A DNA stretch of 64,000 nucleotides from a virus (Duplodnaviria > Heunggongvirae > Uroviricota > Caudoviricetes): IMG/VR virus record IMGVR_UViG_3300031344_000001; one strand, written 5' to 3'. The stretch's first letter is position 1, and each line of letters begins with the position of its first letter. Positions 27,411 to 38,132 of this stretch are shown here, piece after piece. The notes beneath the pieces are model-generated. The model saw only the letters and a list, made by a program, of their open reading frames with translations. It made no database searches and was not told the origin of the DNA. The translations under genes were made by a program, and so were the position numbers.

Positions 27411-28772
27411 CTACGAGCCTGCCGGCCAGTGCTTGCGGAGACCCTGCTCGACGTGATGCTGCGCGGAGACGCGCAGCATCAGCGTGTCCGGCAGCTGCGA
27501 GACAGCCCACACGAACGCTTGTGCGAGCGTCACACCCGACGCCCCGCTGGGCCACTGCGCCTTGAGCCCTCGCTTGACGTAGTGCTCCACATCATTCAGC
27601 GACAGGCTCGCGTCAGTCAGGAGCGCCTCCGCCCACGCGATCGCATTCGCTAGGGTCACCTCGTGCACCAGCGCGGACGTTGGTGCTTGCGGCGATAGGA
27701 CCGGCGTCGGCGTCGAGGTCACCGTGAACAACTGTGCGATGCGGGAAGCGATCGGGACTCCGAGTCCCGTGCACGGATCAGCGCCGACCTTCGCGTGGTA
27801 GAGGCCGTTGTCGCCGACCGTGACGTCTGCGAAGCAGCCCTCGTTGCTCCACAGGTCATTGCCGATGAATCCGCGCTTGGTGCCGAGCGCTGCGACGAGC
27901 CCACTGTAGAGCGGAGCCACCGCGCTCGTCCCGCCGACGACCTGCACCGAACCACCGTAGTAGATCTCATAGCCGGTGTTTGGATCCGCCGCCCCCGCAA
28001 CATCCGGCACCATTCGTCCCGGACCACTGGGCGCTCCACCCAGGACCTGCCACGCAGGCATCGAGAAGATCGTCGAGTAGCCACCCCCCGTACCGTCCCC
28101 CGTCGCGCGTCCAGGAACGTCGTTCCAGACAACCTCAGTCGACCGCGTCTTTGTGGTCCCACCACAGCCGATCACGTGAGGACACGAGGCCGGCACATCG
28201 ACGTTGGCCGGCGACGATCCCCCGTCCGACGAGTCATTGTCCCCAGACGCCGCGAAGACCACCATCCCCGCAGCGACTGCCTCGATCGCTGCCTGCTCCA
28301 TGTCCTTGGCGTCCGCCACACCCCAGTGCGCCTCGTCAGTACCCCACGAGATCGAGCACACGTCGCAACCATCCGACGTGGCCCTCCGGACCGCAGCAGC
28401 GATGTCAGAAGCCCAGTAGACGCGGATCGTGGCGGGCTTGCCCGTCGCGACGTAGTACGACGCCGCCGCGACCTGGATGTCGAGCGCCACTTCACCGTCG
28501 GCGTCGTCCGAGACGCCCGGCCTGTTCTGCTTCCCGTCGACGGAAACGTCGACGATTGACGGCAGGGGCTGCCCGATCAAAGCGAAGTAAGCGTCCATGT
28601 CAGACGGCGTCCAGCCTCCCCCGAGCTCGACGATCGCGAGCACGCCTCCACCCGCGAGGTTCGTCGGCCACGCGTAAGCCTCGCAAAGGTCGGGAACGCA
28701 CCACGTCCCCGAACCGGCCCCGCGCGCGGACGGCGCCTTCTTGACGTAAGGACGAACCTGCGGAATCTTCAT
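27411..28772 (-). CDS. S53 (sedolisin/kumamolisin-like) peptidase without prodomain
   Basis: EVALD, SISWG, AASGD, VPDVAG.ADP, GGTSAVAP, DPCTGLG. Confidence 0.9.
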   Translation of the reverse strand: MKIPQVRPYVKKAPSARGAGSGTWCVPDLCEAYAWPTNLAGGGVLAIVELGGGWTPSDMDAYFALIGQPLPSIVDVSVDGKQNRPGVSDDADGEVALDIQVAAASYYVATGKPATIRVYWASDIAAAVRRATSDGCDVCSISWGTDEAHWGVADAKDMEQAAIEAVAAGMVVFAASGDNDSSDGGSSPANVDVPASCPHVIGCGGTTKTRSTEVVWNDVPGRATGDGTGGGYSTIFSMPAWQVLGGAPSGPGRMVPDVAGAADPNTGYEIYYGGSVQVVGGTSAVAPLYSGLVAALGTKRGFIGNDLWSNEGCFADVTVGDNGLYHAKVGADPCTGLGVPIASRIAQLFTVTSTPTPVLSPQAPTSALVHEVTLANAIAWAEALLTDASLSLNDVEHYVKRGLKAQWPSGASGVTLAQAFVWAVSQLPDTLMLRVSAQHHVEQGLRKHWPAGS

Positions 28773-28850
28773 CGAACCGTTCTAGGCCCCCGCCGCAACG
28801 CACGCGACTTTTCCGCCGTCCTCCGCAGGAAGCGCGACGACCGGCGACCC

Positions 28851-30176
28851 TCACGGAAGACGCGCGCGGAGCATCACGCAGCCCGTTCCGAGCGGGTACT
28901 GCTCGATGAACCCCAGCTCGACGGCGCGGTCGCGAGCCCTGCGCACGTGGCCGCCGGGCCAGTCCAGGTCGTTGAGGATCAAGAGGCCCCCGACCCGAAC
29001 TGCCGGTGCCCAGCGCTCGACGTCCGCGACAACTTGGGGACCGTGGTTCGCGTCATGGTGGAGGATGTCGATGACGAGCGGGACTTCGGACTGGTCAGCT
29101 CGTTGGTGCCGCACCTCGCAACGCTGCGGCTCGATCGCGTGCTTCTCGAGGCGTTCCAAGAACGTCTGGCGTGCTCTCTCGTGCCCCTCGATGCCTGCTG
29201 ACCGCCACCACGTCGCGTTGACACCCTCTTGTCCAGCAGCGGACGCCTCCGTGGACCATGCGTCGATCGCGAGGAGTCTCCCCGCCCCCAAGTACCGCAG
29301 GGCGATCGCGATCGGGATCGCAGTTCCCCCCATCCAGACGCCCAGCTCGACGACCAGCTGCGGCCGCTGCTCCAGCACCAACGCGGCAAGATCGACGGCC
29401 TTGTCGGGAGAGCACCAGTCTCCGCCCTCGGGCGTGGCGTCCTCGATCTCGCGACGCAGATCGACGTGCCCGCTCAGGTGCATGCCATGCGGACGGCGTC
29501 GCCACCAGGGGCTCTCGTGCTGGGCGTGTGACCACTCACGTGGACGGATCCCATGCTTCCTGAGCACGGGAGGTAGGTCGATCTGGTCGCGCGGCAGACC
29601 AAACGGCAACTCTCCTCCGTCGAGGGGCCACGTCGTGATCGCGCCCCACCAGTCACGCATCGCGAGGTCGAGCCTGGGACTCCTCCCGCGCGCCATCGTC
29701 GCGCACGCCCAGAGGCCCCAGCGCTCGGGGTGCCCCTGGGCGTAATAGCGCGCCGCCTGTCGAAGGAGCACGGGCGCAGCCTCCAGCGGCAAGCCGCGCA
29801 TGCACGAGGTCACCTGCGCGTAGATGCAGTCGAGGTCAGGGTTCCGGTACAGGGCGAACCCATCCGCCCCGAGGTCCGAGAGCGCCTCATCCACGAACGT
29901 GGCCGAGGTAAATTCGCAGTTAGCGTCCACCCAGAGCGTCACGTCGTAGGTGTCGAGCGGCGCGAGTTGCGGCCCCAGCACCTTGGGCAGTTTCCCCGCG
30001 AGGCGGGCCGGGAGATCCGACGGTGCCGCGTGGACGACCCAGTCCCCGCGAGCGCACAGGGCGGGATCGTCCGTGAAGCAGTGGAAGTCGACGCCCGGGA
30101 CCTCGGGGTGACTGCGCAAGAGATCATACTTGCCGTAGATGGCCGTGTAGACCGCGATCCGCAAGCGCTGCCCCAT
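28851..30176 (-). CDS. DUF616-like glycosyltransferase fused to a SAM methyltransferase
   Basis: VYTAIYGKYD, CFTDD, WVDAN, RDQ; VVELGVWMGG, LHHDANH. Confidence 0.78.
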   Translation of the reverse strand: MGQRLRIAVYTAIYGKYDLLRSHPEVPGVDFHCFTDDPALCARGDWVVHAAPSDLPARLAGKLPKVLGPQLAPLDTYDVTLWVDANCEFTSATFVDEALSDLGADGFALYRNPDLDCIYAQVTSCMRGLPLEAAPVLLRQAARYYAQGHPERWGLWACATMARGRSPRLDLAMRDWWGAITTWPLDGGELPFGLPRDQIDLPPVLRKHGIRPREWSHAQHESPWWRRRPHGMHLSGHVDLRREIEDATPEGGDWCSPDKAVDLAALVLEQRPQLVVELGVWMGGTAIPIAIALRYLGAGRLLAIDAWSTEASAAGQEGVNATWWRSAGIEGHERARQTFLERLEKHAIEPQRCEVRHQRADQSEVPLVIDILHHDANHGPQVVADVERWAPAVRVGGLLILNDLDWPGGHVRRARDRAVELGFIEQYPLGTGCVMLRARLP

Positions 30177-30192
30177 GCCCCATGTCCCAGGT

Positions 30193-30888
30193 CTACCGGC
30201 TCACCCGCTGCATCACGCATCCGGTGCCGAGGGCGTACAGCTCGACGAACCCCAGCTCGGTCGCTCGGTCACGCGCCCGCGCGACGTGTCCACCCGTCCA
30301 ATCGAGATCGTCGATGACGAGCACGCCCCCGACGCGAATCGCGGGTGTCCAACGCTCGATGTCAATCACGGCCTGAGGGCCGTGGTTCGCGTCGTGGTGG
30401 AGCACGTCGATCGACGGCGGCACGTCAGCCTCATCGGTGCGCTGCCGTAGCACGCGACACCGATCGGCCGTGATATCGTGCTCCTTGAGGCGCTTGATGA
30501 AGGCTTCATAAGCCTCCACGTGACCACTCGTGCCGATCGTCTCACCCCACCACTTGGCGTGGACGGGTTCCTGGCCCGCGACCGAGACCTCGGCGGCCCA
30601 AGCGTCAACCGCGACGAGTTGCCCCACGCCGAGTTGGCGCAGCGCGATCGCCATCGGGATCGCCGACCCCCCCATCCACACACCCAGCTCGACGACCGTC
30701 TTGGGACGGAGCGCCATGATGATCGCGGCCAGCGTCGTCGCCTTTTCGACGCTGCACCAGCCGACACCGTCCGCGAGCATCGCGCTCTCCAACTCGGTGA
30801 CGTGCCTCTTGAGGCTCAAGGCTTCGCGCATTCCAGTGTCCGTTGGAGTGGCCGCAAGCGACCCGGTTGTCACGCCCTCGGAGTTCAT
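30193..30888 (-). CDS. class I SAM methyltransferase (paralog of the adjacent fused domain)
   Basis: GWCS.EKA, VVELGVWMGGS, LHHDANH, DDLDW. Confidence 0.85.
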   Translation of the reverse strand: MNSEGVTTGSLAATPTDTGMREALSLKRHVTELESAMLADGVGWCSVEKATTLAAIIMALRPKTVVELGVWMGGSAIPMAIALRQLGVGQLVAVDAWAAEVSVAGQEPVHAKWWGETIGTSGHVEAYEAFIKRLKEHDITADRCRVLRQRTDEADVPPSIDVLHHDANHGPQAVIDIERWTPAIRVGGVLVIDDLDWTGGHVARARDRATELGFVELYALGTGCVMQRVSR

Positions 30889-31100
30889 GTTCGACGAGGG
30901 CGCACGCTACCACGTCGGCGTCGATCCACGAACCACGGAGACCCACGGTCCACTACACATTTGGACGCTCCAAAGAGCTGGTAGCGTCCAGGCTGCGCGA
31001 AGGACCGTTTTCGAGAAGTTTGCTCGCCACAGCTGCCAAAAAATTGTCCTCTCGGAACAAAAGGTACGAGACTCGTCCCAAGTAAAGGAGCCATCCAAAA

Positions 31101-32153
31101 ATGTCAGACATCAAGCTAGGCGTCGGAGGTCGCGGAGAGCGCGGAGACGGTGGTCGCGTCGGAGACGGTCGCGTCGGAGACAGTCCTCTGCTGAGGGGCT
31201 GCGAGCCCGCAGGCGAGCCCGCGCGCGAGCCGGACATCTTCGACGAAGATACCGGCTGGTACGGCACGGGCGTGGACGGCGTCGCGCACTTCAACGGCCG
31301 CCACACGGTCCTCGGCCTCACGCCCGTCTCCAACACGTACACGCTCACGCGTGACATCTTCCCCCGCGACCTGACGATCGATCGGGGCGTCACCCTGGTG
31401 ACGGCGGGCTACCGCATCTACGTCGCCGGGACGCTGAAGATCCACGAGCACGGCGTGATCTCCAACAACGGAGCGCCGGGCGGCAACGCCACCGCCAGCG
31501 CCGCGGGCGCCGGGGGCCTGGGCGGTCCGGCGGGGACCATGCTGGGTGGCGCCGGAGGCGGCGCGGGCGCGTCTTCCAGCGCGACCGGCACGGCGGGTGG
31601 CAACTCGACGGACTACCCGTCGCGGTCGACCGGCCAAGGTGGCGCCGGTGGCGCCGCCGGGAGCTTCACGAGCACCCCGGGCGGCATCGGCATCGCCCAG
31701 GTCGGCTTCGGGACCTACATGATCGGGGCGATCGCGGTCGCCCAGGACATCTCCGGTGGTCCTGGCGGCAGCGGCGGCAGCGCCGGCGCCTCGTCCTTCG
31801 GCGGCGGCGGCGGCGGCGGCGGCGGCGTCATGCTGCTCAGCGCCCGGAACATCGAGGCGCACCACCACGCGATCCAGAGCAAGGGCGGACCCGGCGGCGA
31901 GGGCTCCGTCTCGCTCGGCGGCGGCGGCGGCGGCGGCAACGGTGGCACGATCCTCATCATCACGAACTGCCCGCACCCGCACGTGGACGTCACCGGCGGC
32001 GCTGGCGGTTCGGGATCGGGCACCGGGAACCCGGGCGGGGCCGGCTCCATGGGCACCCTGATCTCGATCCAACCGGCTCGCCGCGGCGACCGAGGCGACC
32101 GCGGCGACCGCGGCGATCACGGCGACCACGGCGATCACCGCGATCACCGCTAG
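31101..32153 (+). CDS. glycine-rich fibre/surface protein
   Basis: AAGGAG SD; YGTGVDG, poly-Gly tracts, C-terminal DRG/DHG repeats. Confidence 0.8.
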   Translation: MSDIKLGVGGRGERGDGGRVGDGRVGDSPLLRGCEPAGEPAREPDIFDEDTGWYGTGVDGVAHFNGRHTVLGLTPVSNTYTLTRDIFPRDLTIDRGVTLVTAGYRIYVAGTLKIHEHGVISNNGAPGGNATASAAGAGGLGGPAGTMLGGAGGGAGASSSATGTAGGNSTDYPSRSTGQGGAGGAAGSFTSTPGGIGIAQVGFGTYMIGAIAVAQDISGGPGGSGGSAGASSFGGGGGGGGGVMLLSARNIEAHHHAIQSKGGPGGEGSVSLGGGGGGGNGGTILIITNCPHPHVDVTGGAGGSGSGTGNPGGAGSMGTLISIQPARRGDRGDRGDRGDHGDHGDHRDHR

Positions 32154-32263
32154 ACCTGCCTGTCACGCCCTCGGCGTTTACCAAAGCGCCGAGGGCGACT
32201 GATATCAGGCTGCGGTTGCGGTCGCCACAAGCGCCGTCAGCCCCAGCTCCGCTCGCCAAGGCA

Positions 32264-33553
32264 CTACCTGCATGGCTTGAGCACCTTCGTCACGGCGGAC
32301 AACCGCGTCTCCCCGACCTTGCAGTCCATGTCGTCGACACCGAACGACACGACGACGCGGTCACCGTCGATTCCCATCCCTGCGGCGAACTCAATGCCGT
32401 TCCGGGCGAGCTTCATCGGCTCGCTCACAGCCGTCATCTTGCCGCGAGCGTCGACGACGTACCAAGTGTGCCAATAATACTTCTTGCCCCCGACGAACTT
32501 CATCTCGTGGCCAAGGCCGAGCCAAGCGTCATCGCCGATCCTGACGAGCTGCGTGCCACCACGCAGCCCGTCGTACTTCGGCATGTGCCCACGCGAGGAC
32601 CCCAACACGCGTGTCGAAGCGCTGCTCGTGCTCGTGCGCATCGCGCCGGATCGCGCCGCGGGCGTTCCCACGGAAGGCCGCGCAGAAGGGCGTGAGGAGA
32701 GCGCGTCGAGCGCGAGCCTCCTGCCACGCACGAGTTGCACGTCGCCGCCGCCACCTCGAAAGCGCCTCAGGTCGACGACCTTGGGAACCTTGGGGCGTTC
32801 ACGCCGATCCTCACGATCGTGACGATCGTCGTGCGTCTCCAGCTCCTGTGGTGGTGGTGGAGATGCCTCGTCACCCCCTGGACGCAGCACGAAAGCCTCA
32901 CCGCCCGCGAAGATCTTCGCGGCACACGGACGCACGACCGCCGCGTCGCCGTGAACTGCCCCCTTGTCGTCGAACATCGAGCCCGCGCTGATCGAGTACA
33001 GGAAGCGTGGCTCCTCGCAGTGGTCGAACGGCACCCAGTTCTTCTGGGGCGACCCACTCCAGCCATCACCACGAATCGGTCGTGCCGCAACGATGTTGTA
33101 GGCGTCATCGAACGAGAGCAGCACCTGCTCAGGAGGCTGATGCTGTGGCGAATCCTTCGCGTGGGCTCCTCGATCACGATTGAGGTGCAGCGACGCAGCG
33201 ATGCCCTGAAGACCGCCCTTTGACGTCCAAAAGATCCGCATGTCCTCATAGCCAACGTGCGGCGTCGGCACGCGCGGGTAGTCGTCATGCTCATGCATCT
33301 TGAAGATCGAGATCGGCTTCCACGACGAGGGGTCGAGGACCACCATCGCGTTCTTGGTCTGCTGCCCCGTCGGCCGCGCGTTCTTGCTTCGGATCGTAAC
33401 GCCGTCGGGCATCGCGTAATCGCAGCACCGAAGCACGCACCTCCACGTCGACCCGTCGAAGTGAATGCTCGGGTTGAAGGACCAGAAGCCGTCGTAGGGG
33501 CGCAGTGAGATGTCCGTGACCGCCCACGGAATGACGTCCTTGGCATCCTTCAT
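32264..33553 (-). CDS. beta-propeller-like protein, paralog of the 17904-20900 C-domain
   Basis: FNPSI, YEDMRIF, QKNWVP, LRGGTQ, IEFAAGM. Confidence 0.75.
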   Translation of the reverse strand: MKDAKDVIPWAVTDISLRPYDGFWSFNPSIHFDGSTWRCVLRCCDYAMPDGVTIRSKNARPTGQQTKNAMVVLDPSSWKPISIFKMHEHDDYPRVPTPHVGYEDMRIFWTSKGGLQGIAASLHLNRDRGAHAKDSPQHQPPEQVLLSFDDAYNIVAARPIRGDGWSGSPQKNWVPFDHCEEPRFLYSISAGSMFDDKGAVHGDAAVVRPCAAKIFAGGEAFVLRPGGDEASPPPPQELETHDDRHDREDRRERPKVPKVVDLRRFRGGGGDVQLVRGRRLALDALSSRPSARPSVGTPAARSGAMRTSTSSASTRVLGSSRGHMPKYDGLRGGTQLVRIGDDAWLGLGHEMKFVGGKKYYWHTWYVVDARGKMTAVSEPMKLARNGIEFAAGMGIDGDRVVVSFGVDDMDCKVGETRLSAVTKVLKPCR

Positions 33554-33621
33554 CTGGTCCCAGTTTTCGCACAGAATCGGAACTGCCGATCGGTCCGAGA
33601 TCTTTCGTTTGCGCGGCGCGC

Positions 33622-34446
33622 TTACGCGCCGCGCCACACGTGGCCGACGCGCGCGGTCCCACGACCCCACACGCGCCCCACGAACTCGGCATTGCGCATG
33701 GTGTCCTCGAGCCGATTCTGAAGCCCGTAGCGACTGGGACTACGCGCGAAGCGCTGCAAGCCGGCTCCCATCTGCGCGACCGGGAAGGCGACCGCTTGCT
33801 GACGGAACGAGCTCCAGCTCACCGGCGCTCCGTGGAGCCGCGCGATCTTCGGGAGCAACTCGCTGATCACGCCCGGGAGGGAGTGCACCTGCTTGACCGA
33901 CGATCCAAAATCAAAGCTGCTCTCCGGCCACGCGACGCCGGTCTGCGCGAGGACGTGGCGCACCTCGTCCCGCGCCGCCCGCGCTTTGCGCACCCCCGAG
34001 CCCACCTCCGCTTCGACCTCTTCAGGCGAGAGCCACCCGATGTCCGTCGAGCGCCCCGCCACCTTGCTCTTCGCGCAGATCGCACGGAGCTGTTCCAACG
34101 ACGCGCCGAACTTCGCGTCGTCGGGGAAGTTGAGTTGGAAGATGCCCGCCTCCGAGGACATCCCGGGAGAGCACGTGTCTCCACCGCTCTCGATCAAGAT
34201 CCACTGGAGCAAAGCGTCGACGGGTAGATCGCCGGCGCGAGCGGCTACGGCTCCTCGCCAGCGCTCGACGAGCGGCGGGAACGGACCGCCGGGACCGACC
34301 TGCCCCGGACCGACGGGGGCCGGGCGCTCGCGTGGGGATCCGAGTGACGAGGCAGACGCGCCCCTCGAGAGCAGCAGGATCCCGAGGCCCGCGATCGCGC
34401 CGACACCGAGCACTGCTCCGAAGGAGCGATCGCCGCGCGCCACCAC
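33622..34446 (-). CDS. membrane-anchored lytic transglycosylase/lysozyme-like protein
   Basis: N-terminal TM; VERWR, WILIESGG, GIFQL. Confidence 0.6.
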   Translation of the reverse strand: MVARGDRSFGAVLGVGAIAGLGILLLSRGASASSLGSPRERPAPVGPGQVGPGGPFPPLVERWRGAVAARAGDLPVDALLQWILIESGGDTCSPGMSSEAGIFQLNFPDDAKFGASLEQLRAICAKSKVAGRSTDIGWLSPEEVEAEVGSGVRKARAARDEVRHVLAQTGVAWPESSFDFGSSVKQVHSLPGVISELLPKIARLHGAPVSWSSFRQQAVAFPVAQMGAGLQRFARSPSRYGLQNRLEDTMRNAEFVGRVWGRGTARVGHVWRGA

Positions 34447-34451
34447 GAGGG

Positions 34452-35546
34452 CTAGCCCTGGACAGCGCCCTCGGCCACCTGCGGCGCAGCCGGAGCCGGA
34501 GCCTGGGCCTGCACCAGTGCCTCGATCTCCGCCAGCTGCGCCGCCTTGATCGCGGCGACCTCCGCCTGGTTCTGGACCACGGCGCGCTGGCCGTCCATCT
34601 TCACCTGCACCATCGGCAGCGGGCCTCCCACGCGCGCCACGCGGCGCGGCGTCAGCGAGACGTTCCCCACCCTGCGGCCGCCGCCCGGCCGCGGAGCGAC
34701 GAAGCCGCGCGCCGGAGCCGGGCGCGCCGGAGCCGGGCGTGCCATGACCGGACTCCCCAGCGGCGTGTACGCGGCGGGCGCCACGTACCCAGTGGCGCGC
34801 ACCACCGGGATCTCGGCAGGGGCGTCGAGGAGGTCAGCTGTGACCACCTCGGAAGTGACCTGCTCGGTCGCCGCGGCGCACGCCTGGTCGATCACGAAGA
34901 TCGTGTCCTCGGCGAGCTTGACGTTGTCGGCCACGGTCTCCGCCGTACCATCACCCGTGCGCTGCTCCCCGAGGTACTTGTCGACGAGGTGCCGACAGAG
35001 CATGAGCTGGTCGATCGACAGCTCGGGTCCCTGCGGCGCGGTGTGCGCCTGCACCTGAGCCTGCGCCAGCTGCCGCGGGTACACCTGCCGAGGGGCCGCG
35101 GCGCGCGCGCCACGCGGCGCGCTCAAGACGGGCGTCGCCGCAGGAATCTGCGGAGGGCCTCCGTGGACGTTGGACAGCGTCTGCACCTGCGGCCCGTTCC
35201 CCGTCATCTTCACCTGCACCATCGGCAAGGATCCCGCGTTGACCCCGCTGGGCCTGCCGTCCTTGATCACGACAGAACGGTTCTGACCGTCGTCGAGCTG
35301 CGGGCCATTCCCCGTCATCTTCACCTGCACCATCGGCAAGCCCCCCGTCTGGAGGGCGCTCTTGGCGTCTCTCGGGGGCAGGATCTGGACGGGACGCTGC
35401 TGACCCTCCTGAACCTGCGGCCCCGCCGGGGTCATCTTCACCTGCACCTGCGAGAGCGCGCCCGTGCTCACGAGCGGAGGCTTCGATACGCCAGCGGTGG
35501 CGTTCTGAACGATCGCGGAGGTCCTGAGCAACGTAGTGTCGGCCAT
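34452..35546 (-). CDS. hypothetical protein with repeated PMVQVKM motif
   Basis: 4 copies of VQVKM, three followed by T..GPQ; AAGGA SD. Confidence 0.75.
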   Translation of the reverse strand: MADTTLLRTSAIVQNATAGVSKPPLVSTGALSQVQVKMTPAGPQVQEGQQRPVQILPPRDAKSALQTGGLPMVQVKMTGNGPQLDDGQNRSVVIKDGRPSGVNAGSLPMVQVKMTGNGPQVQTLSNVHGGPPQIPAATPVLSAPRGARAAAPRQVYPRQLAQAQVQAHTAPQGPELSIDQLMLCRHLVDKYLGEQRTGDGTAETVADNVKLAEDTIFVIDQACAAATEQVTSEVVTADLLDAPAEIPVVRATGYVAPAAYTPLGSPVMARPAPARPAPARGFVAPRPGGGRRVGNVSLTPRRVARVGGPLPMVQVKMDGQRAVVQNQAEVAAIKAAQLAEIEALVQAQAPAPAAPQVAEGAVQG

Positions 35547-35576
35547 AGAGATTCCTTTCGAGGTTTCGAGTCTACG

Positions 35577-36479
35577 TCAGAGCGCCAGCTCGAAGATCAC
35601 AGACAGCTTCATCTTGTGACCGGACTCGTTGTACACGCTGAAGTATTGAGCAGCGTTGGGGACGTCGACGCGATCCTGGTGATCGGACACGAAGAAATCT
35701 CCGACGCCGTGCTGCCCTTCGGGGTCCTGCCAGAAACGGATCCAGCCGACCGTGAGCGTCGGCTTGGACTGGTGATGGCTGCGGCACCCGATGAGAACCG
35801 CGACCTTGGAGAGCTTCGGCAAGTCGAGCACGAGGCTGTCGGCCTTGTCGTCGACAGCACCCACGAAGATCGTCCGCTGCGCGTGGGACTCAGCGAAGCC
35901 CGGTCCGACGTGCGCTGCGAGGTAGTACGCCGCGCTGGTGCCCTCGATATCGCCGTGCTCCTTGCTCTGCGAGACGAGCGCGCGCACGCGCAAGAACGAC
36001 GCCGTCACCGTCAGCGTCACGCCATTGACGTAGTCGACGACGACCGACGTAGACACGCCGCCAACGCCGAACTCGACGAGAGCCTCGAGGGGCGGCCACC
36101 GGATCGAGTGCTCCGTCCCCGGGAAGGGGCCGGCCGTGACCTCCACGTTGGTCTGCTCTCCGGTCAGGTTCTGCTGGCCCAGGATTTCGCTGACCCCCTC
36201 GAACGAGAGCGGAATCACGCGCGGCGGATGGAGCGTCACCACGAGTTGCAAAGCGTCGAGGTCGTCACCCTCGACGTTGATCATGTCGACCTCGGCCTCC
36301 TGCGCGACCGCGACGTCGTTGTTGTAGACGAGGATCGAGCTCTTGCCGAGAACCCCGCCCATCGCGAGCCGCCCGAAAGGCGAGAGCCCAGGGCGATCCT
36401 CTCCGGGACGCGGGGGGAGCCCGTTGTTCGGATAGAGCGGCTCGATATGGAGCTGTCTGGGAAGGCGCGGATCGCTCAC
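35577..36479 (-). CDS. beta-rich putative virion protein
   Basis: 300-aa ORF with alternating hydrophobic strands, within the structural module. Confidence 0.65.
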   Translation of the reverse strand: MSDPRLPRQLHIEPLYPNNGLPPRPGEDRPGLSPFGRLAMGGVLGKSSILVYNNDVAVAQEAEVDMINVEGDDLDALQLVVTLHPPRVIPLSFEGVSEILGQQNLTGEQTNVEVTAGPFPGTEHSIRWPPLEALVEFGVGGVSTSVVVDYVNGVTLTVTASFLRVRALVSQSKEHGDIEGTSAAYYLAAHVGPGFAESHAQRTIFVGAVDDKADSLVLDLPKLSKVAVLIGCRSHHQSKPTLTVGWIRFWQDPEGQHGVGDFFVSDHQDRVDVPNAAQYFSVYNESGHKMKLSVIFELAL

Positions 36480-36482
36480 AAG

Positions 36483-38045
36483 TCAGCCCCTCGCGGCGCG
36501 CGGGAGCCGCGGCGCGCTCGAAGGCTCCGTGAACGTCCCGGCGGACGGCTCCGCCAGGCGCGAGCCCGACGGCGTGCGCGATCGGGACGACGGCGACCGG
36601 CCCTTGGGCTTCACACCCACGTAGAGGAGCGTCCCTCCCACGGCGGCACCGAGGACGATCAGCGCGATCTTCCCAGCAGAGAACCCCGACGATGGCGGCG
36701 GCGACGACATTCCCTCCGTCGGAGGGGCTGAACCACCGTCGGCCGAGATCGAATCAGGCGACGGTCCACACCCCTGCGGTCCCGACGAACTGTCCGACGG
36801 GTCCGCCGACGGATCCGGTCCCGGGTCCGATGTTCCTGACGTCGGTGGCGCCCCACCGGGCTGCGCCCCACCGGGCTGCGCCCTCGGCAGCGGCCCTTCG
36901 CCACGCTGGTGAGGATGGTGGTGGTGGTGGTGCCTCTGGGACCCTTGCTGAGGTCCCGGCGGGCGTGCCACGCCGAACGGCGACGACCTCGGACCCACGC
37001 TCGGCGACGAAGGCCCCCACATCGGAGGCATCGGCGCGCTGGAGGGCATGGCCCAAAGAGGCATCCCTGGCGGCATTCCCGACGGCATCGGCGGCATGCC
37101 CGGCGGCATGCCCGGCGGCATGCCCGGCGGCAGCCCCGGGTGCATGCCCGGGTGCATGGAAGACGGCGCGACTTGCGGAGGTGGCGCCGGGCGTAGTGGC
37201 ACCGGAGGGCTCACCGGGTGCGTGGGGTACGAGGGATGTGGGGGCGCCGAAGGACCCGCCGTCGCCTGCGGAGGGTGCGGAGGGGACGGCGGCATGCGCG
37301 GCGGCTCGACCAGTGGAGCTGGCGGCGGCGGAGCGTCCTCGGGCACCGGAGCGGTGGCGTCCGCCGCGCTCTGTACCTGGTGGAAGATCGCCAGCCAGAC
37401 CTTCGCCATCTCCGCGTCCTGGGGGATGGTCATGTCGAGCTTCTGACCCGGCTTGTAGTGCGTGGTCGCCCAGAAGCGCTCGTTGGTCTCCTTGTAAAGA
37501 GCCGCGAGCGCCTCCTTCTGCGCCTGGTCCTGCGCGTGAACGTCGTGCGCGTGCCTGTGCGCGCGTTTGTGGACATGCTCGTGCGCGATGTGCTCGTGCG
37601 CGGGGGCCTGCGGCGGCGGCGGATTCTTCGCGACCTCCTTCGAGGCGTCCTTCACCAGCGTGGGCGAGACCGTCGGCGGCTGCTTGCTCGCCGCGTCGCG
37701 CGCCTTCTGCGTGGAGATCTGCTGCGCGGTCGTCGCTGCCGCGATGTGGACCTGCGACGTCGCGGCGTCCGGCGCGGAGGCCGCGACGTCGGCGTGCACC
37801 CCTGCCGCACTGTTCGCCACCGCGGCGTCCGAGAGGTGCTGCGCGACCTCGGGGTGATCGAACGTCGTGACGAGCTTGCCCCCCTCCGCCTCGCTCTTCA
37901 CCTTGCGGAAGATGTCCTGCCAGACCGGCTCCATCGCCTTGTCCGTCGGGATGCGGGGGTCGAGCTTCTGGCCCGGCTTGTAGGCCGTTTGCGCCCAGAA
38001 CCGAGCGTCGGTCTCCTTGTTCAGAGTGTCAGTGCTGATCGCCAT
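36483..38045 (-). CDS. Pro-rich C-terminally anchored membrane protein
   Basis: two copies of [16 protein letters not shown]; C-terminal TM and basic tail. Confidence 0.78.
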   Translation of the reverse strand: MAISTDTLNKETDARFWAQTAYKPGQKLDPRIPTDKAMEPVWQDIFRKVKSEAEGGKLVTTFDHPEVAQHLSDAAVANSAAGVHADVAASAPDAATSQVHIAAATTAQQISTQKARDAASKQPPTVSPTLVKDASKEVAKNPPPPQAPAHEHIAHEHVHKRAHRHAHDVHAQDQAQKEALAALYKETNERFWATTHYKPGQKLDMTIPQDAEMAKVWLAIFHQVQSAADATAPVPEDAPPPPAPLVEPPRMPPSPPHPPQATAGPSAPPHPSYPTHPVSPPVPLRPAPPPQVAPSSMHPGMHPGLPPGMPPGMPPGMPPMPSGMPPGMPLWAMPSSAPMPPMWGPSSPSVGPRSSPFGVARPPGPQQGSQRHHHHHHPHQRGEGPLPRAQPGGAQPGGAPPTSGTSDPGPDPSADPSDSSSGPQGCGPSPDSISADGGSAPPTEGMSSPPPSSGFSAGKIALIVLGAAVGGTLLYVGVKPKGRSPSSRSRTPSGSRLAEPSAGTFTEPSSAPRLPRAARG

Positions 38046-38132
38046 GAGGTCTCCACGTGGCAGGAACGCGCGTCCAAAAACACCGCGCCCAGGGCGGAGG
38101 GCTAGATCCTAACACGGCGACGATCGATCTGA

